64,000 nucleotides of DNA from Tubiluchus corallicola (lineage: Eukaryota > Animalia > Priapulida), in assembly GCA_030141605.1 (NCBI GenBank), contig JAQGDQ010000745.1:1-64000 (forward strand), read 5' to 3'. Below are positions 23,533 through 37,115 of the stretch, in pieces. Position 1 is the first letter of the stretch. The number at the start of each line of letters is the position of its first letter. The position numbers and the translations under genes are program-made. Below the pieces are notes generated by a model. That model did no database searches. It had not been told where the DNA came from and saw nothing but the letters and a program-made list of their open reading frames with translations.

Positions 23533-24837
23533 CTAGATATAAAAACGAAAACAAGCTGTTAATCGCTCCATACTTCTAACGAGCTAATTAATGTACAAGT
23601 TTCGCCTGATAGACTGTATGAAACTTCATTTGCACAACGGCAAAAAACGTACAAAGGTCAGACAGGGTTTTGAACTCAAGACATTTCACTAATAAACCGT
23701 TAAAATACTAAACAAAATGATACCAAGTTAAATCTCACGTGATATTGATACAGATACTTTTTAGTCATGTAAGCGATAAGTTATGTCAGGCTGTTAATTT
23801 GTACATCTTGGAGTATGTGTAACAGGAAAAAACTGCACAGTTCCTGTAGGCCAAAGGTTATGTATACCACTGCATCTTAACTACAACCATTACGTGTGGG
23901 TAAAGCAAAGCCATCTGTCGCATCAGTCCTGTAACATCAGTTGTTTTACGTGTACGTGGACTTTACTTAATTACGCATTAGTCTGTGCATAGAGTGATTT
24001 AATAGCAGGACGGGTCCTTGCTCGAAAACAAGGAAAAATGAACTTGGTAAGGTTCTATCTAGCTGTTAAAACTGTTACTATTATAGCAGCATGCAGCATA
24101 GCTGCTAGGCATTGTCAAGTGTACACTGATGTGTTGTCTGGTGCGATTAACCTTCAGTGTCAGTGAATCCACCAAGACCAGCAATGGTGACTTTTTGTCA
24201 TATTCGCATGAACGACAAATAGGTGCGGTACCATGACAAGCATGATCATGAATTGCAGTGCGTGATGTCAGCGTGACGTAGAGCTCATTTTCGTGACATC
24301 ACATCAGTGTCTTTTAGAAGTCTTTGTTTACACAAATGTGCAATTGCACAGGGAAGATACCTACAGTTGCGCAAGTCGTGGTTAGTTTGTGAAGTAAGCG
24401 ACAGCTAAGTTCGGTTGCCATTAATTAACTTTCCAAGGTAATTATTCAAATATGAGAAACAACTGCTAACTTTTACAGGCAAGAAAATGTACATTTTAGA
24501 TGGTAAATTAAAATGAGATTGACTCCCACTTTCCTTAAACATTTTAAGAGTAAAGAATTCAAGAACATAAATACATGTGCTGCCAGTCTATCAGACACAT
24601 ATTAACGAATGCTGGAACTGTGAAAAAGCTTACTCAACATGCACTGCATAACGTTTCACTAAGGACAACAGCAGGTACCTTCTGCCGCACTCAAATTACT
24701 CAAACAAATTATACATCTCGGGAGCATAGACCCGCATCTTTACCCCTTTCTCTGCAATTTGTCATCCTGCATGGGCCACTGTTCCTATTTGGGGCAACTC
24801 TCTCACCTCTCTCTCTCTCTCTCTCCTCTTTCCCTTT

Positions 24838-24965
<128 letters not shown>

Positions 24966-24982
24966 TCGTTTCTATCTCTTTT

Positions 24983-25235
<253 letters not shown>

Positions 25236-25271
25236 CACTCACTCTCTCTCTCTCCTTCTCCCTCTCTCTCA

Positions 25272-25400
25272 GTAAGGTATGCAGGTGTCAAACCCTGCAT
25301 TATTTTGTAGGTGATACAGGAATTTTAAATTGAATTTGGAACCTTCTCGGTAACGAATGTAACTCTCTTAGAATAGGTGTAATAGGATCATATTTTATTA
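25272..25400 (-). mobile_element. Short L2-like fragment related to 11395-11500
   Basis: [13 protein letters not shown]...FKI peptide and DNA similarity to the 11.4-kb copy. Confidence 0.55.
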
Positions 25401-25456
25401 TGCTCACTGCTCCTATTTGGGGCAATTTGTACAAAAAACAACATTTTTTACCACAC

Positions 25457-25578
25457 CTAGTCGCCACCTGGTGGCTGTACAGTCGTTCCTCGTCACTGCT
25501 GAACACTCTGGCTAACCCAAAGTCGGCTATCTTCAATTTTCCTTTCGTTGAGATGAGCAAATTAGCCGGTTTCAAATC
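25457..25578 (-). CDS. CDK20: CDK20 coding exon 5 ([10 protein letters not shown]...[10 protein letters not shown]...LYSHQVAT-R)
   Basis: TTCAG acceptor and GT donor; 122 nt; DLKPAN, DFG and the CDK20-type T-loop Y(S/T)HQVATRWY. Confidence 0.95.
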
Positions 25579-25913
25579 CTGAAATGTCGAAAACGAAGCA
25601 AAAATGCGTGATTTGAAATACGGGCAACTGTCTCACCAGTCAGTTCGATTTAAATCAATTTATTTATTTCACATCGGTATCATATCATAGTAACATACAT
25701 GCATATCATTATGTGATTTCAGTTCAAGTTTTAATATTAAAATTTACAAACATACTAGATTAATAAGACTTATTAAAAAAAGAAAATTTATCTATGTACC
25801 CTAATAAGCCTTCTCTTAGTCCACAAAGCAGTTCAATTTCTTTAACTTTATTCTCAAGCACTTAGCTATTTGTTACTGTATCAATTTTTTTCTACTGGTC
25901 TGCTTAATCATTA

Positions 25914-26100
25914 CCTATTTGGCTTCTGTTAACTACTTAATTAGTGCATAATGTTCTATACTGTAGTCTTTGACTATATAAACTGGTTGTATGCCTGTAA
26001 ATTTACAACTGACGATGACAGTAGCAGCTTGTCAAAACGTTTGGCATGATTTTGACTTTTTAGTGTAAAAGTTTTAATAAAGTTGTGTTGCTTTTTAACT
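25914..26100 (+). mobile_element. Penelope-like pLTR remnant, second copy
   Basis: CTGACGA-TGACAGTAGCAGCTTGTC-AAAACGTTTGG; same flanks as 21128-21302. Confidence 0.5.
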
Positions 26101-26334
26101 ACAAATGTGCCTGTGATAGAAATTGAAAGTGAAAAATGTACAAAAACCAGACAGGGTATTGAACTCAAGACCTTTCACTACTGAACCGTTATTCTACTAT
26201 ATAAAACTAAAGCAAATCAATGGTTCTAAATCGCAGCTTGTGGGAATGAGAAATAGAAAAATGGAAGAGAATCGTAAAAATTCTGCGAATAGTATCTATC
26301 AGTTTTGAGTTTTCGAGTTTTTAATTTTACTAAC

Positions 26335-26523
26335 CCTGTGCATGATCCCATTTGCGTGCATGTACGACACTCCCTCTAGTAGCATAATCATGTAAGCTTT
26401 TATGTCGGCTTCGCTGAGGGGATGTTCCGCATCTCTGATAAGCGAAGTCAAATCAGTCTGCATGTACTCAAACACGAAGACGAAACCCATCCCGTGCGGG
26501 AACACTTCTATCAACCGCACAAT
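26335..26523 (-). CDS. CDK20: CDK20 coding exon 4 (IVRLIEVFPHGMGFVFVFEYM...GIMHR)
   Basis: TTGTAG acceptor and GTTAGT donor; 189 nt; VFPHG, FEYM hinge and HR of the HRD motif. Confidence 0.94.
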
Positions 26524-27760
26524 CTACAAGCAGAACAGATGCTGTGATCAGTAACAACCCATCCCGTGCGGGAACACTTCTATCAACCGCACAATCTGCA
26601 AGCAGAACAAATGCTGTCATCAGTAACAACCCATCCCATGCGGGAACACTTCTATCAACCTCACAATCTACAAGCAGAACAAATGCTGTCATCAGTAACA
26701 CCCCATCCCGTGCGGGAACACTTCTATCAACAGCACAATCTGCAAGCAGAACAAATGCTGCCATCAGTAACAACACATCCCATGCGCGAACACTTCTATC
26801 AACCTCACAATCTACAAGCAGAACAAATGCTGTCATCAGTAACACCCCATCCCGTGCGGGAACACTTCTATCAACCTCACAATCTACAAGCAGAACAAAT
26901 GCTGTCATCAGTAACAACCCATCCCGTGCGGGAACACTTCTATCAACCTCACAATCTGCAAGCAGAACAAATGCTGTCATCAGTAACAACCCATCCCATG
27001 CGGGAACACCTCTATCAACCGCACAATCTGCAAGCAGAACAAATGCTGTCATGAGTAACAACCCATCCCATGTGGGAACACTTCTATCAACCGCACAATC
27101 TGCAAGCAGAACAAATGCTCTCATCAGTAACAACACATCCCGTGCGGGAACACTTCTATCAACCTCACAATCTGCAAGCAGAACAAATGCTCTCATCAGT
27201 AACAACACATCCCGTGCGGGAACACTTCTATCAACCGCACAATCTGCAAGCAGAACAAATGCTGTCATCAGTAACAACCCATCCCATGTGGGAACACTTC
27301 TATCAACCGCACAATCTGCAAGCAGAACAAATGCTGTCATCAGTAACAACCCATCCCGTGCGGGAACACTTCTATCAACCGCACAATCTGCAAGCAGAAC
27401 AAATGCTCTCATCAGTAACAACACATCCCGTGTGGGAACACTTCTATCAACCGCACAATCTACAAGCAGAACAAATGCTGTCATCAGTAACAACCCATCC
27501 CATGCGGGAACACTTCTGTCAACCGCACAATCTACAAGCAGAACAAATGCTGTCATCAGTAACAACCCAGCCCATGCGGGAGACACTTCCGTCAACCGAA
27601 CAATCTACAAGCAGAACAGAATGCTGTGAACAAGGTAACAACCCATCCCGATAGCGGGAGACACTTCTACCAACCGCACAATCTACAAGCAGAACAAATA
27701 CTGTCATCAAGGTAACAAATCCATCCCGTAGCGGGAGACACTTCTATCAACCGCATTCAA
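26484..27760. repeat. 72-bp minisatellite, about 17 copies, built from the CDK20 intron 3 / exon 4 junction
   Basis: AACCCATCCC recurs at 26484, 26556 and onward; the first unit overlaps exon 4. Confidence 0.95.
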
Positions 27761-27810
27761 ATACTACAAGACAGAAGTGCACAATTCTGTCAACAGTATA
27801 CATACCCATC

Positions 27811-29855
27811 CGAAGTGCACAAGGTTCAAATATAATAGGAGAGAAGTGCACAACGATTCAAATATAATAGGACAGAAGTGCACAAGGTTCAAATATAATA
27901 GGAGAGAAGTGCACAAGGTTCAAATATAATAGGAGAGAAGAGCGCAAGGCTCAAATATAATAGGAGAGAAGTGCACAAGGTTCAAATATAATAGGAGAGA
28001 CGTGCACAAGGTTCAAATATAATAAGAGAGAAGCGCACAAGGTTCAAATATAATAGGAGAGAAGTGCACAAGGTTCAAATACAATAAGAGAGAAGTGCAC
28101 AAGATTCAAATATAAGAGGAGAGAAGTGCACAAGGTTCAAATATAATAGGAGAGAAGTGCACAAGATTCAAATATAATAGGAGAGAAGCGCACAAGGTTC
28201 AAATATAATAGGAGAGAAGTGCACAAGGTTCAAATATAATAGGAGAGAAGATGCACAAGATTCAAATATAATAGGAGAGACGTGCACAAGGTTCAAATAT
28301 AATAGGACAGAAGTGCACAAGGTTCAAATATGATAGGAGAGAAGTGCACAAGGTTCAAATACAATAGGAGAGAAGTGCACAAGGTTCAAATATAATAGGA
28401 GAGAAGTGCACAAGATTCAAATACAATAAGAGAGAAGTGCACAAGGTCCAAATATAATAGGAGAGAAGTGCACAAGGTTCAAATATAATAGGAGAGAAGT
28501 GCACAAGGTTCAAATATAATAGGAGAGAAGTGCACAAGGTTCAAATATAATAGGAGAGAAGTGCACAAGGTTCAAATATAATAGGAGAGAAGTGCACAAG
28601 GTTCAAATATAATAGGAGAGAAGTGCACAAGGTTCAAATATAATAGGAGAGAAGCGCACAAGGTTCAAATATAATAGGAGAGAAGTGCACAAGGTTCAAA
28701 TATAATAGGAGAGAAGTGCGCAAGGCTCAAATATAATAGGAGAGACATGCACAAGGTTCAAATATAATAGGAGAGACGTGCACAAGGTTCAAATATAATA
28801 GGAGAGAAGCGCACAAGGTTCAAATATAATAGGAGAGAAGTGCACAAGGTTCAAATACAATAGGAGAGAAGCGCACAAGATTCAAATACAATAGGAGAGA
28901 AGTGCACAAGGTTCAAATATAATAGGAGAGAAGTGCACAAGATTCAAATATAATAGGAGAGAAGTGCACAAGGTTCAAATATAATAGCAGAGAAGTGCAC
29001 AAGGTTCAAATACAATAAGAGAGAAGTGCACAAGATTCAAATATAATAGGAGAGAAGTGCACAAGGTTCAAATATAATAGGAGAGAAGTGCACAAGGTTC
29101 AAATATAATAGGAGAGAAGTGCACAAGGTTCAAATATAATAGAAGAGAAGCGCACAAGGTTCAAATACAATAGGAGAGAAGTGCACAAGGTTCAAATATA
29201 ATAGGAGAGAAGTGCACAAGGTTCAAATATAATAGGAGAGAAGTGCACAAGGTTCAAATATAATAGGAGAGAAGTGCACAAGGTTCAAATATAATAGGAG
29301 AGAAGCGCACAAGGTTCAAATATAATAGGAGAGAAGTGCACAAGGTTCAAATATAATAGGAGAGAAGTGCACAAGGTTCAAATATAATAGGAGAGAAGTG
29401 CACAAGGTTCAAATATAATAGGAGAGAAGCGAACAAGGTTCAAATATAATAGGAGAGACGTGCACAAGATTCAAATATAATAGGAGAGACGTGCACAAGA
29501 TTCAAATATAATAGGAGAGAAGCGCACAAGGTTCAAATATAATAGGAGAGAAGCGCACAAGGTTCAAATATAATAGGAGAGACGTGCACAAGATTCAAAT
29601 ATAATAGGAGAGAAGTGCACAAGGTTCAAATATAATAGGAGAGAAGTGCACAAGGTTCAAATATAATAGGAGAGAAGTGCACAAGGTCCAAATATAATAA
29701 GAGAGAAGTGCACAAGGTTCAAATATAATAGAAGACAAGTGCACAAGGTTCAAATATAATAGGAGAGAAGTGCACAAGGTTCAAATATAAAAGGAAAGAA
29801 GCTGACAAGGTCCAAATACAATAGGAGAGAAGTTCACAAGGTTCAAATATAATAG
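27811..29855. repeat. 31-bp minisatellite (AGGAGAGAAGTGCACAAGGTTCAAATATAAT), about 66 copies
   Basis: Read directly. Confidence 0.96.
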
Positions 29856-29871
29856 CAAAGGCTTTACTTAC

Positions 29872-29911
29872 ATTCTCATTTTCCTCTATCTGTTGCAAAG
29901 CTTTAATTTCC
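29872..29911 (-). CDS. CDK20: CDK20 coding exon 3 (R-EIKALQQIEENEN)
   Basis: TTGTAG acceptor and GTAAGT donor; 40 nt completes the split Arg codon; REIKALQ matches CDK20. Confidence 0.92.
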
Positions 29912-30552
29912 CTACAAATAGAGTAAAACATCTTAAAAACGCTTGCAAAACAAAACTACACAAAACTGTCCAGAAACAATTATGATTTCATTTACAAACA
30001 TTCCGCATCATCACCATCATCATTGTCATCATCAACATCATCATCAACATCATTATCATCATCATTATCATCATCACCATCATCATCGTCATCATCGTCG
30101 TCGTCTTAAAAACACTTGCAAAACAAAACTACACAAACTGTCCAAAAACAATTAGGATTTCATTAACAAACATTCTGCATCATAACCATCATCATTGTCA
30201 TCATCAACATCATCATCAACATCATTATCATCATCATTATCATCATCGTCATCGTCATCGTCTTAAAAACACTTGCAAAACAAAACTACACAAAACTGTC
30301 CAAAAACAATTACGATTTCATTTAGGAACATTCCGCATCATCACCATCATCATTGTCATCATCAACATCATCATCATTATCATCATCGTCATTGTTGTCA
30401 TCATCGTCATCTTCCTCCTCCTCCTCCTCATCATCATCATCATCGTCATCGTCATCGTCATCGTCATCATCGTCATCATCATCATCGTCGTCGTCATCGT
30501 CATCAGTGTTATGATCAATATCACCACCAGCAACTGCTAAACAACAACACAC

Positions 30553-30626
30553 CTCAAGACGCTGCTTGGAATTCCTTCTTCAATCTTCTTCAGGTGGATT
30601 TTCTTGAGAGCAACGATTTCACCTGT
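30553..30626 (-). CDS. CDK20: CDK20 coding exon 2 (TGEIVALKKIHLKKIEEGIPSSVL-R)
   Basis: TAG acceptor and GT donor; VALKK catalytic lysine motif; start of the PSTAIRE-like helix (PSSVLRE); 74 nt. Confidence 0.92.
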
Positions 30627-31388
30627 CTAAGACGAGCAAAAGACGAACGTTTTTAAATGAAAAAGCCGATTTAAGAAATTTACTTTATTGAAAAGGAAAC
30701 ATTTCTATACAGCAGTAAACAAGAGCACATAGAGAAACTTGGAGGAAAACTGAACAATGGTGTAAACATTAGTTCAAAATAAACTATGTTCTAAAATAGT
30801 GAAAACTACAATAGATTTTTTAAATCAAAGCTTAGGTTAACTAATAATTACCTCGGATAGTTAAATTTCATTAAACTTTCAAAGCTACGCGCGGCTCAGT
30901 GAATCCACTAAGACTAGCAATGGTGCCTTTTTGTCACATTCACATGGCCGACAAATAGGCGCGGCACCATGACAAGCATTATCATGAATTGGAGTGTTTG
31001 TTTGTGATGTCAGTGTGACGTAGAGCTCATTTTCGTGACATCACATCAGTGTCTTTTAGAAGTCTTTGTTTACGCAAAAGTGCAATTGCGCAGGGAAGAT
31101 ACCTACAGTTGCACAAGTCGTGGTTAGTTTGTGAGGTAAGCGATAGCTGTGTTCGGTTGCCATTAATTAACTTTCCAAGGTAATTATTCAAATATTAGAA
31201 ACAACTGCTAACTTTTATAAGCAATGAAATGTATATTTTAGATGGTAAATTAAAATGAGATTGACTCCCACTTTCCTTAAACATTTTAAGAGTAAAGAAT
31301 TCAAGGACATAAATACATGTGCTGCCAGTCTATCAGAGGCATATTAACCAATAGGCTAACTAGGTCATAGCCTAGGGTGCCAGTCTAT

Positions 31389-31792
31389 CAGAGGCATATT
31401 AACCAATAGGCTAGCTAGGTCATAGCCTAGGGCGCCAAAGTTTGAAGGCGTCACATGTTAAAAAAATTCTTATTCTCGACGGAAAAAGTGTATAGTTTCA
31501 TATTTAGGTATAGGGCACATTTTATAACACACCACAGGCAGTTATTGAGCTCAGCTTTTATATAAGTGCCACATAATGAACAGGTGCAAGGTATTAGACA
31601 ATAAGCAGTTGTGGAGCCTACTTGAATATAAGTCCTATGCAAATGCATGTAATTAATAATGTATTTAGGTTAGTAACACACTACAAGTAATTGTTTAATT
31701 TGATGTTACATAAGCAACCATAAATTCACAATAGAGATGGGCGGGGCAGAACTACCAGCTTAGGGCATTGGTAAAGTCTTGATATGCCCCTG
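31389..31792. mobile_element. Probable hAT-type MITE, family C
   Basis: Termini CAGAGGCATATTAA / TTGATATGCCCCTG; flanks CAGTCTAT/CAGTCTAC. Confidence 0.55.
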
Positions 31793-31896
31793 CAGTCTAC
31801 TAGAGCTAATATTTTTCTCATTTTGTCACACAAAAATTAACAGAAGTTGGAAAACAAATTAATGATGCTCAAAAATAATTATAATTTCTATCATAC

Positions 31897-31971
31897 CTCA
31901 ATGCGTCGAGCTTTAAACACAACACCGTGTGCACCTTCGCCAATGCGACCCGAGATGCTGTATTGCTCCAT
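31897..31971 (-). CDS. CDK20: CDK20/CCRK coding exon 1 (MEQYSISGRIGEGAHGVVFKARRIE)
   Basis: ATG at 31971; glycine-rich loop GEGAHG characteristic of CDK20; GTATGA donor; 75 nt, phase 0. Confidence 0.93.
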
Positions 31972-32236
31972 TAACCAAAACAAACGATGCTTAGTTGATA
32001 CACGCAACCAGAATGCACGTTATACAGAGGAAGAAGAGGCAGAGCGGGACGACACTGGAAGAGAGGGCAAAAAGATTTCTGTTATTGCACGGCAAGTTTA
32101 CAACTGCAAATAAACCTTTTCACAGTTTCAGTGATTGATGATGATCGTGAAAGGGTCAAAGGTTAAGTGTACCAGACAACACATTTGCGTACACTTGACA
32201 ATGCCTCGCAGCCCATGCTGCTATAATAGTAACAGT

Positions 32237-32870
32237 TTTAACAGCTACCTAGAACTTTGCCTAGTTCACTTTCTCTTGTAACAGCTAGCTAGAACCTTAC
32301 CTAGTTCATTTTTTCCTGTAATAGCTAGAACCTTACCTAGTTCATTTTTTCTTGTAACAGCTAGAACCTTACCTAGTTCATTTTTTCTTGTAAGAGCTAG
32401 CTAGAACCTTGCCTAGTTCATTTTTTCTTGCAACAGCTAGCTAGAACCTTACCTAGTTCATTTTTTCTTGTAAAAGCTAGCTAGAATCTTACCTAGTTCA
32501 CTTTTTCTTGTAACAGCTAGCTAGAACCTTACCTAGTTCATTTTTTCTTGTAACAGCCAGCTAGAACCTTACCTAGTTCATTTTTCCTTGTAACAGCTAG
32601 CTAGAACCTTACCTAGTTCATTTTTTCTTGTAACAGCTAGCTAGAACCTTACCTAGTTCATTTTTTCTTGTAAGAGCTAGCTAGAATCTTGCCTAGTTCA
32701 TTTTTCCTTGTAACAGCTAGCTAGAACCTTACCTAGTTCATTTTTTCTTGTAACAGCTAGCTAGAGCCTTACCTAGTTCATTTTTCCTTGTAACAGCTAG
32801 CTAGAACATTACCTAGTTCATTTTTTCTTGTAACAGCTAGCTAGAACATTACCTAGTTCATTTTTTCTTG
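32237..32870. repeat. About 40-bp tandem repeat (AACAGCTAGCTAGAACCTTACCTAGTTCATTTTTTCTTGT), about 16 copies, inside a TIR element
   Basis: The unit is single-copy in sister elements at about 5825-5865 and 7800-7840. Confidence 0.92.
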
Positions 32871-33689
32871 TTCCCAAGCAAAATCCTGCTAGCAAATCAC
32901 TTTAAGAACAGACTAATGAATAATTAAGTAAGGTCCACGTAAAACAACTGACGTTATTGGACTGACACTGCAGATGGCTTTGCTCTACCCACACATCACT
33001 TGACAATTGCAGTTAAGATGCATTGCTGTAGCACACTTAACCTTTGACCTTTGCACAACTGCGAGTGCACACAACAAAACTGTGAAAATGCTTATTAATA
33101 CTTCTCTGACTTGAATAACATATCCGTTTACAAGATTTTCGAAACAAAATGGTACACAAATGTATGAGAGTAACACGAAGACTGTTACTACAAAGACCAA
33201 AATAAGTTTAAAAAGTTCTAGCTGTAAAAATTCTGCTTTAAAACTGACAAGTCTGGCCATTTTTACTCAAATAGTAAATATGATGTAAGTAAGTAAGTAA
33301 GTATCCTTATTTATCACCTTTTTTACAAGAAAAACACAGAGCATGAAATGATAATATGATACAAAGTGGCAAGATTATTAAATGAATAAATTATCTGAGT
33401 CAATGATGTGTGAGGTGAATCAATCAATGAGGTGAATCTGAGTCAATAAGTGATTGGTGAAAGGGTGGCAAAAAACTAAAAGTTACCAAAGTCAACCACC
33501 CTGTAAGTAATGTTGCTATTAGTAATATGCGCAATTATCTTGACGAAGATTTCAGAATAAGGTGTGTAAAACTATTGAGATTAAGTTTAAATTTGAACAT
33601 AAATATCATGGACATAAAGGCATAATAAATACATATAATGTTGTTATTCTAAGCAATGTGTAGATTAAACGCAGACAGAATTGCCTTAC

Positions 33690-33960
33690 CTCTTAACTTT
33701 CATTTACATGTTACTTTTGTTAGTTCGTTTCCAATAAGGCATCTAGATAGTCATGAGGCCACTATCTGCTGTAAAATTACATTATAATGAATAGTACGAA
33801 TGGCTACATACATATATGTTGTATATACGATGAAAGTACAAACTTGCGCATTTGAAAAACGAAGAATATTTTCACCACCACAAGCTCATTTCACAAAATC
33901 ACGGTCACTTGGTCGCCATATTATACTGTAGTAATGTACGAAGCACGTGCACCTGGCAAC
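33690..33960 (-). promoter_or_regulatory. Putative CDK20 promoter and non-coding first exon
   Basis: AG|GTAAG donor at 33689; ATATGGCG (YY1-like, often near a TSS) at about 33915; RFX half-site GTTGCCAGG at 33960-33952; pyrimidine-rich acceptor at about 32055 upstream of the ATG exon. Inference only. Confidence 0.3.
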
Positions 33961-36079
33961 GCTAGCAAGGGGTGATCAATAACAGACACCAATCAATATC
34001 AAAAGCAGAACAGGAACACCTGAACTTTTTTCAGCATAGCAGGCGAGTCTGTTAAAAATGTTATCCTAAACATGGCGTGCGAGTCACGACCAATTTTATT
34101 CAATTTCAATTTATTTATCTCTTTATAGCGTTACAATAAAACATGATTAATAAAAGAATCTCTAATAAGTTTTGAAAAATGGTTAAAATGATTAGATAGA
34201 TCTAGAACTAGAGAAAGGATAGCAAAGAGACTATAAAGTCACCTAGTCTGCTATCCTTTACCAAATATAGATAAAAAGATTTTTTAGACACTGGTGGGCA
34301 TTAATGTTATCAGTCTAATTCAGGAAACAATAGTAATTTTTAAAATTAGGACATTTGCTATATAATCCAGAGAAAAGAGTATACATGTAGTTTAATTAGC
34401 GGGCAACAAAATAAGGTCAATCTTGATTAAACTAAAAACTCAGACCATAAACTAACAACTGCAAACCATAGTAACTGCTTCTTTTAAGTAAAAAAACAAA
34501 GTTATCTTTTAAAATTGTGAAAAGCTTATTTGTTGACGGGTCAATGGTAATGGTAATTTTATTTTTTTCCATAAATTTACAATGATTTGACAATAAAATA
34601 CACAAAAATACAAACGAATATGGGAGAAAGGGTGGCGAAAAACCAAAGGTTATCGAGTCAACCACCTTTCTCAAAGACTGTAAACAAAAAGATGCTAATG
34701 ACAGCAGAACACAACAATTAAAAAATACATAAACGTAAAAAAATACAAAAAAAAACAAAAACACAACAACAGCAAAAAACAAAAACCAAAAACATGACAA
34801 ATTTATGAACTACTAAGCAACTCATTGAAAATACCTCACAATTGTTTGCAGGTCAATGCAGTGGCAAATTCACCTTAATGAAAAACTGGTGAAAAAACAG
34901 AATGAGTTTTTTGCCATCTGAACCAGGCTTTAAACACTGGAAAGAGAAGGTAAAAGAAGGACACATGAACACAAGGCTTTACAGAAGCTGTTCCATCAAA
35001 GTTTTAATATTAATTTGAAACTTGATTTTTTATCTTAAAACTTGGTTAATTTAGTACAACATGCTGAATACCTTACAGTAGCACTTTATTTAAATTTTGG
35101 CTTTCACATTACTCCGTGATTTCATCAGTAGTTGGCTCACCTGCTGTTAATTAGCTTTTTAACCTATTATTATCAAAATCATTATTACATTATCACTTTT
35201 ACATAAAAAACTAGTTAAAATCATGCCAAAATGATGACAGCAGCAGCTAATCTTTAAAAGTTAAAGTTAAAATCATGCCAGCCATTTAGACTAGCTGCTG
35301 CTGTCATCATTTTGGCATGATTTTAAGTTTTAACTTTTTACGTAAGTTTCAATAAGTTGCGTTGTTGTTTTTAACTATAAATGTTTTTATGTGCCCACAA
35401 AATTTTTTTGTATATGATTATAAAAATCTCTTGTATTTGAAGAAACTCCAGATATCTGAACTAAATCAGAGCAGAATGTTTTTCCTGATTGTAGTAAAGC
35501 CCAGTGTAAACAATTTTGTACTAAAGTCTGCGTTTTGACTCATCCGCCAGAAGTATTATTAATTTTTAATACGTCCAACAAAATTAGGAAACTAAGAAAT
35601 TCTACGGTTTGGCGAATAAGTTTCAATAAGCGTTAGATGCGCGATGAAACTCAAGCGAATAATAATTTTCTTGCATGAGCTTTTCTTTGAAGTTGTTTTG
35701 CACAAAGAACAAGTAACTCTTTGAATATGGATGCAAATGTGTTAAATAAATGAATTATCTTTCACTGTAAGCTGCCACCTTTGTCTTATCCCATCCTGAT
35801 TGCTGATTGGCTATTGTGCTGTGATTGTTTCAAGCAGTAGGATATCATCATCATCATCATCATCATCATCCAATGAATCACACGTCCAGGGACATAATTC
35901 TGCTCACCTCCCTATGCCAGATTATCATCATGATCCAATGAATCACACGTCCAGGGACATAATTCTGCTCACCTCCCTATGCCAGATCATCATCATCATC
36001 ATCCAATGAATCACACGTCCAGTGACATGATTCTGCTCACCTCCCTATGCCAGGACTCCCTGCTTGCCGCAATGCCGCA

Positions 36080-36352
36080 AGTGGATTTATTTCTAAGGAT
36101 CAATGCTGAAGTATTTAAATCTTTCTGTGCAAACAAATGTTAACATTTGTCCTCCTGCAGGTTTTTTAGCTGGTTCAATGGCTTGTTGAAGAGCTATCTT
36201 CACTGGAACATCATCAGGTAGTCTCTAAGCATATGCCCAATCCATCTTAAACGGCGTCTTTTTATTTTTCTTGCCCAAGGTTCTTCTTTTATTTTTTCAT
36301 ATAGATCTTTGTATGAAATTTTCCTTGGCCATCTAATACTCAAAATGTTTCT
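36080..36352 (-). mobile_element. RTE-like LINE 3' fragment
   Basis: Minus-strand peptide RNILSIRWPRKISYKDLY...IKRRRLRWIGHML. Confidence 0.6.
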
Positions 36353-37115
36353 GTAATTTCGCCAGGATATTACCAACATACTGCAACTTGAAATGTTTTG
36401 CGAAACGCACCGCTTCCCGTTTCTGCATGGATGCCAAAGATGTCCGCTATTGTTTTAGTTCTGATTTATTCATTCTAATTAACGTTTGAATCACTAATGG
36501 CAACTAGCCAAACCGACTACAGTGTGAATAAACAAAATTCTAGGTAATTTTAAGCTGGTTTTAACATTTATTATAATATTTCATTACAACAACAACGAAA
36601 ATGCTTGTAAGATAACAAGAAAGGTAACAACTGTTTACACACACAAGATGAGTTAGTTATCGAGTTCATAACATACGATTAAATAGACACGTTATTAGAC
36701 GTAATTCCGTACAACTTACACAAGTTAGACTATGCTCTAATTGATTGTCACAAGATTATTTTACTTGAATAGAATGACTAAAGGAAAGACCAAGTCTTCT
36801 AAGAAGTTAGGCTTATTTCAATGTTCGCATAAAATGTTAGAAGGATTTAGTAATAAAACTGTAATAAGTGCCTCGTGCAACTAGTAAAATCACTTTAAAG
36901 TCGCGATCAGTTCACGCTTGAACGCTTCCATTTTCAATGCCCATTCTTCTTTCAATGACGTCATTCGTCTTGAACAAAAGTAGCTCACTGTCAACCTTCA
37001 TCAAAAGTATAATAAGTTTTTACAAAAAAAATAGCTAATGTTGATAGCTGATTTTGAAATACTTTTGCATGAATATTAGGTACGCTGCAGAAATTCAGCT
37101 GTAGTAACTAAATTC

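Noticed and set aside
25470-25485. Ser instead of Thr in the CDK20 T-loop (LYSHQVAT)
   Set aside because: A conservative phospho-acceptor change that, as I recall, is common in non-mammalian CDK20.
26468-27654. Long 194-375 aa ORFs on both strands
   Set aside because: By-products of a 72-bp (multiple of 3) minisatellite inside a CDK20 intron.
27811-29855. CRISPR-like regular repeats of about 30 bp
   Set aside because: Head-to-tail units with no unique spacers, no cas genes and a eukaryotic context.
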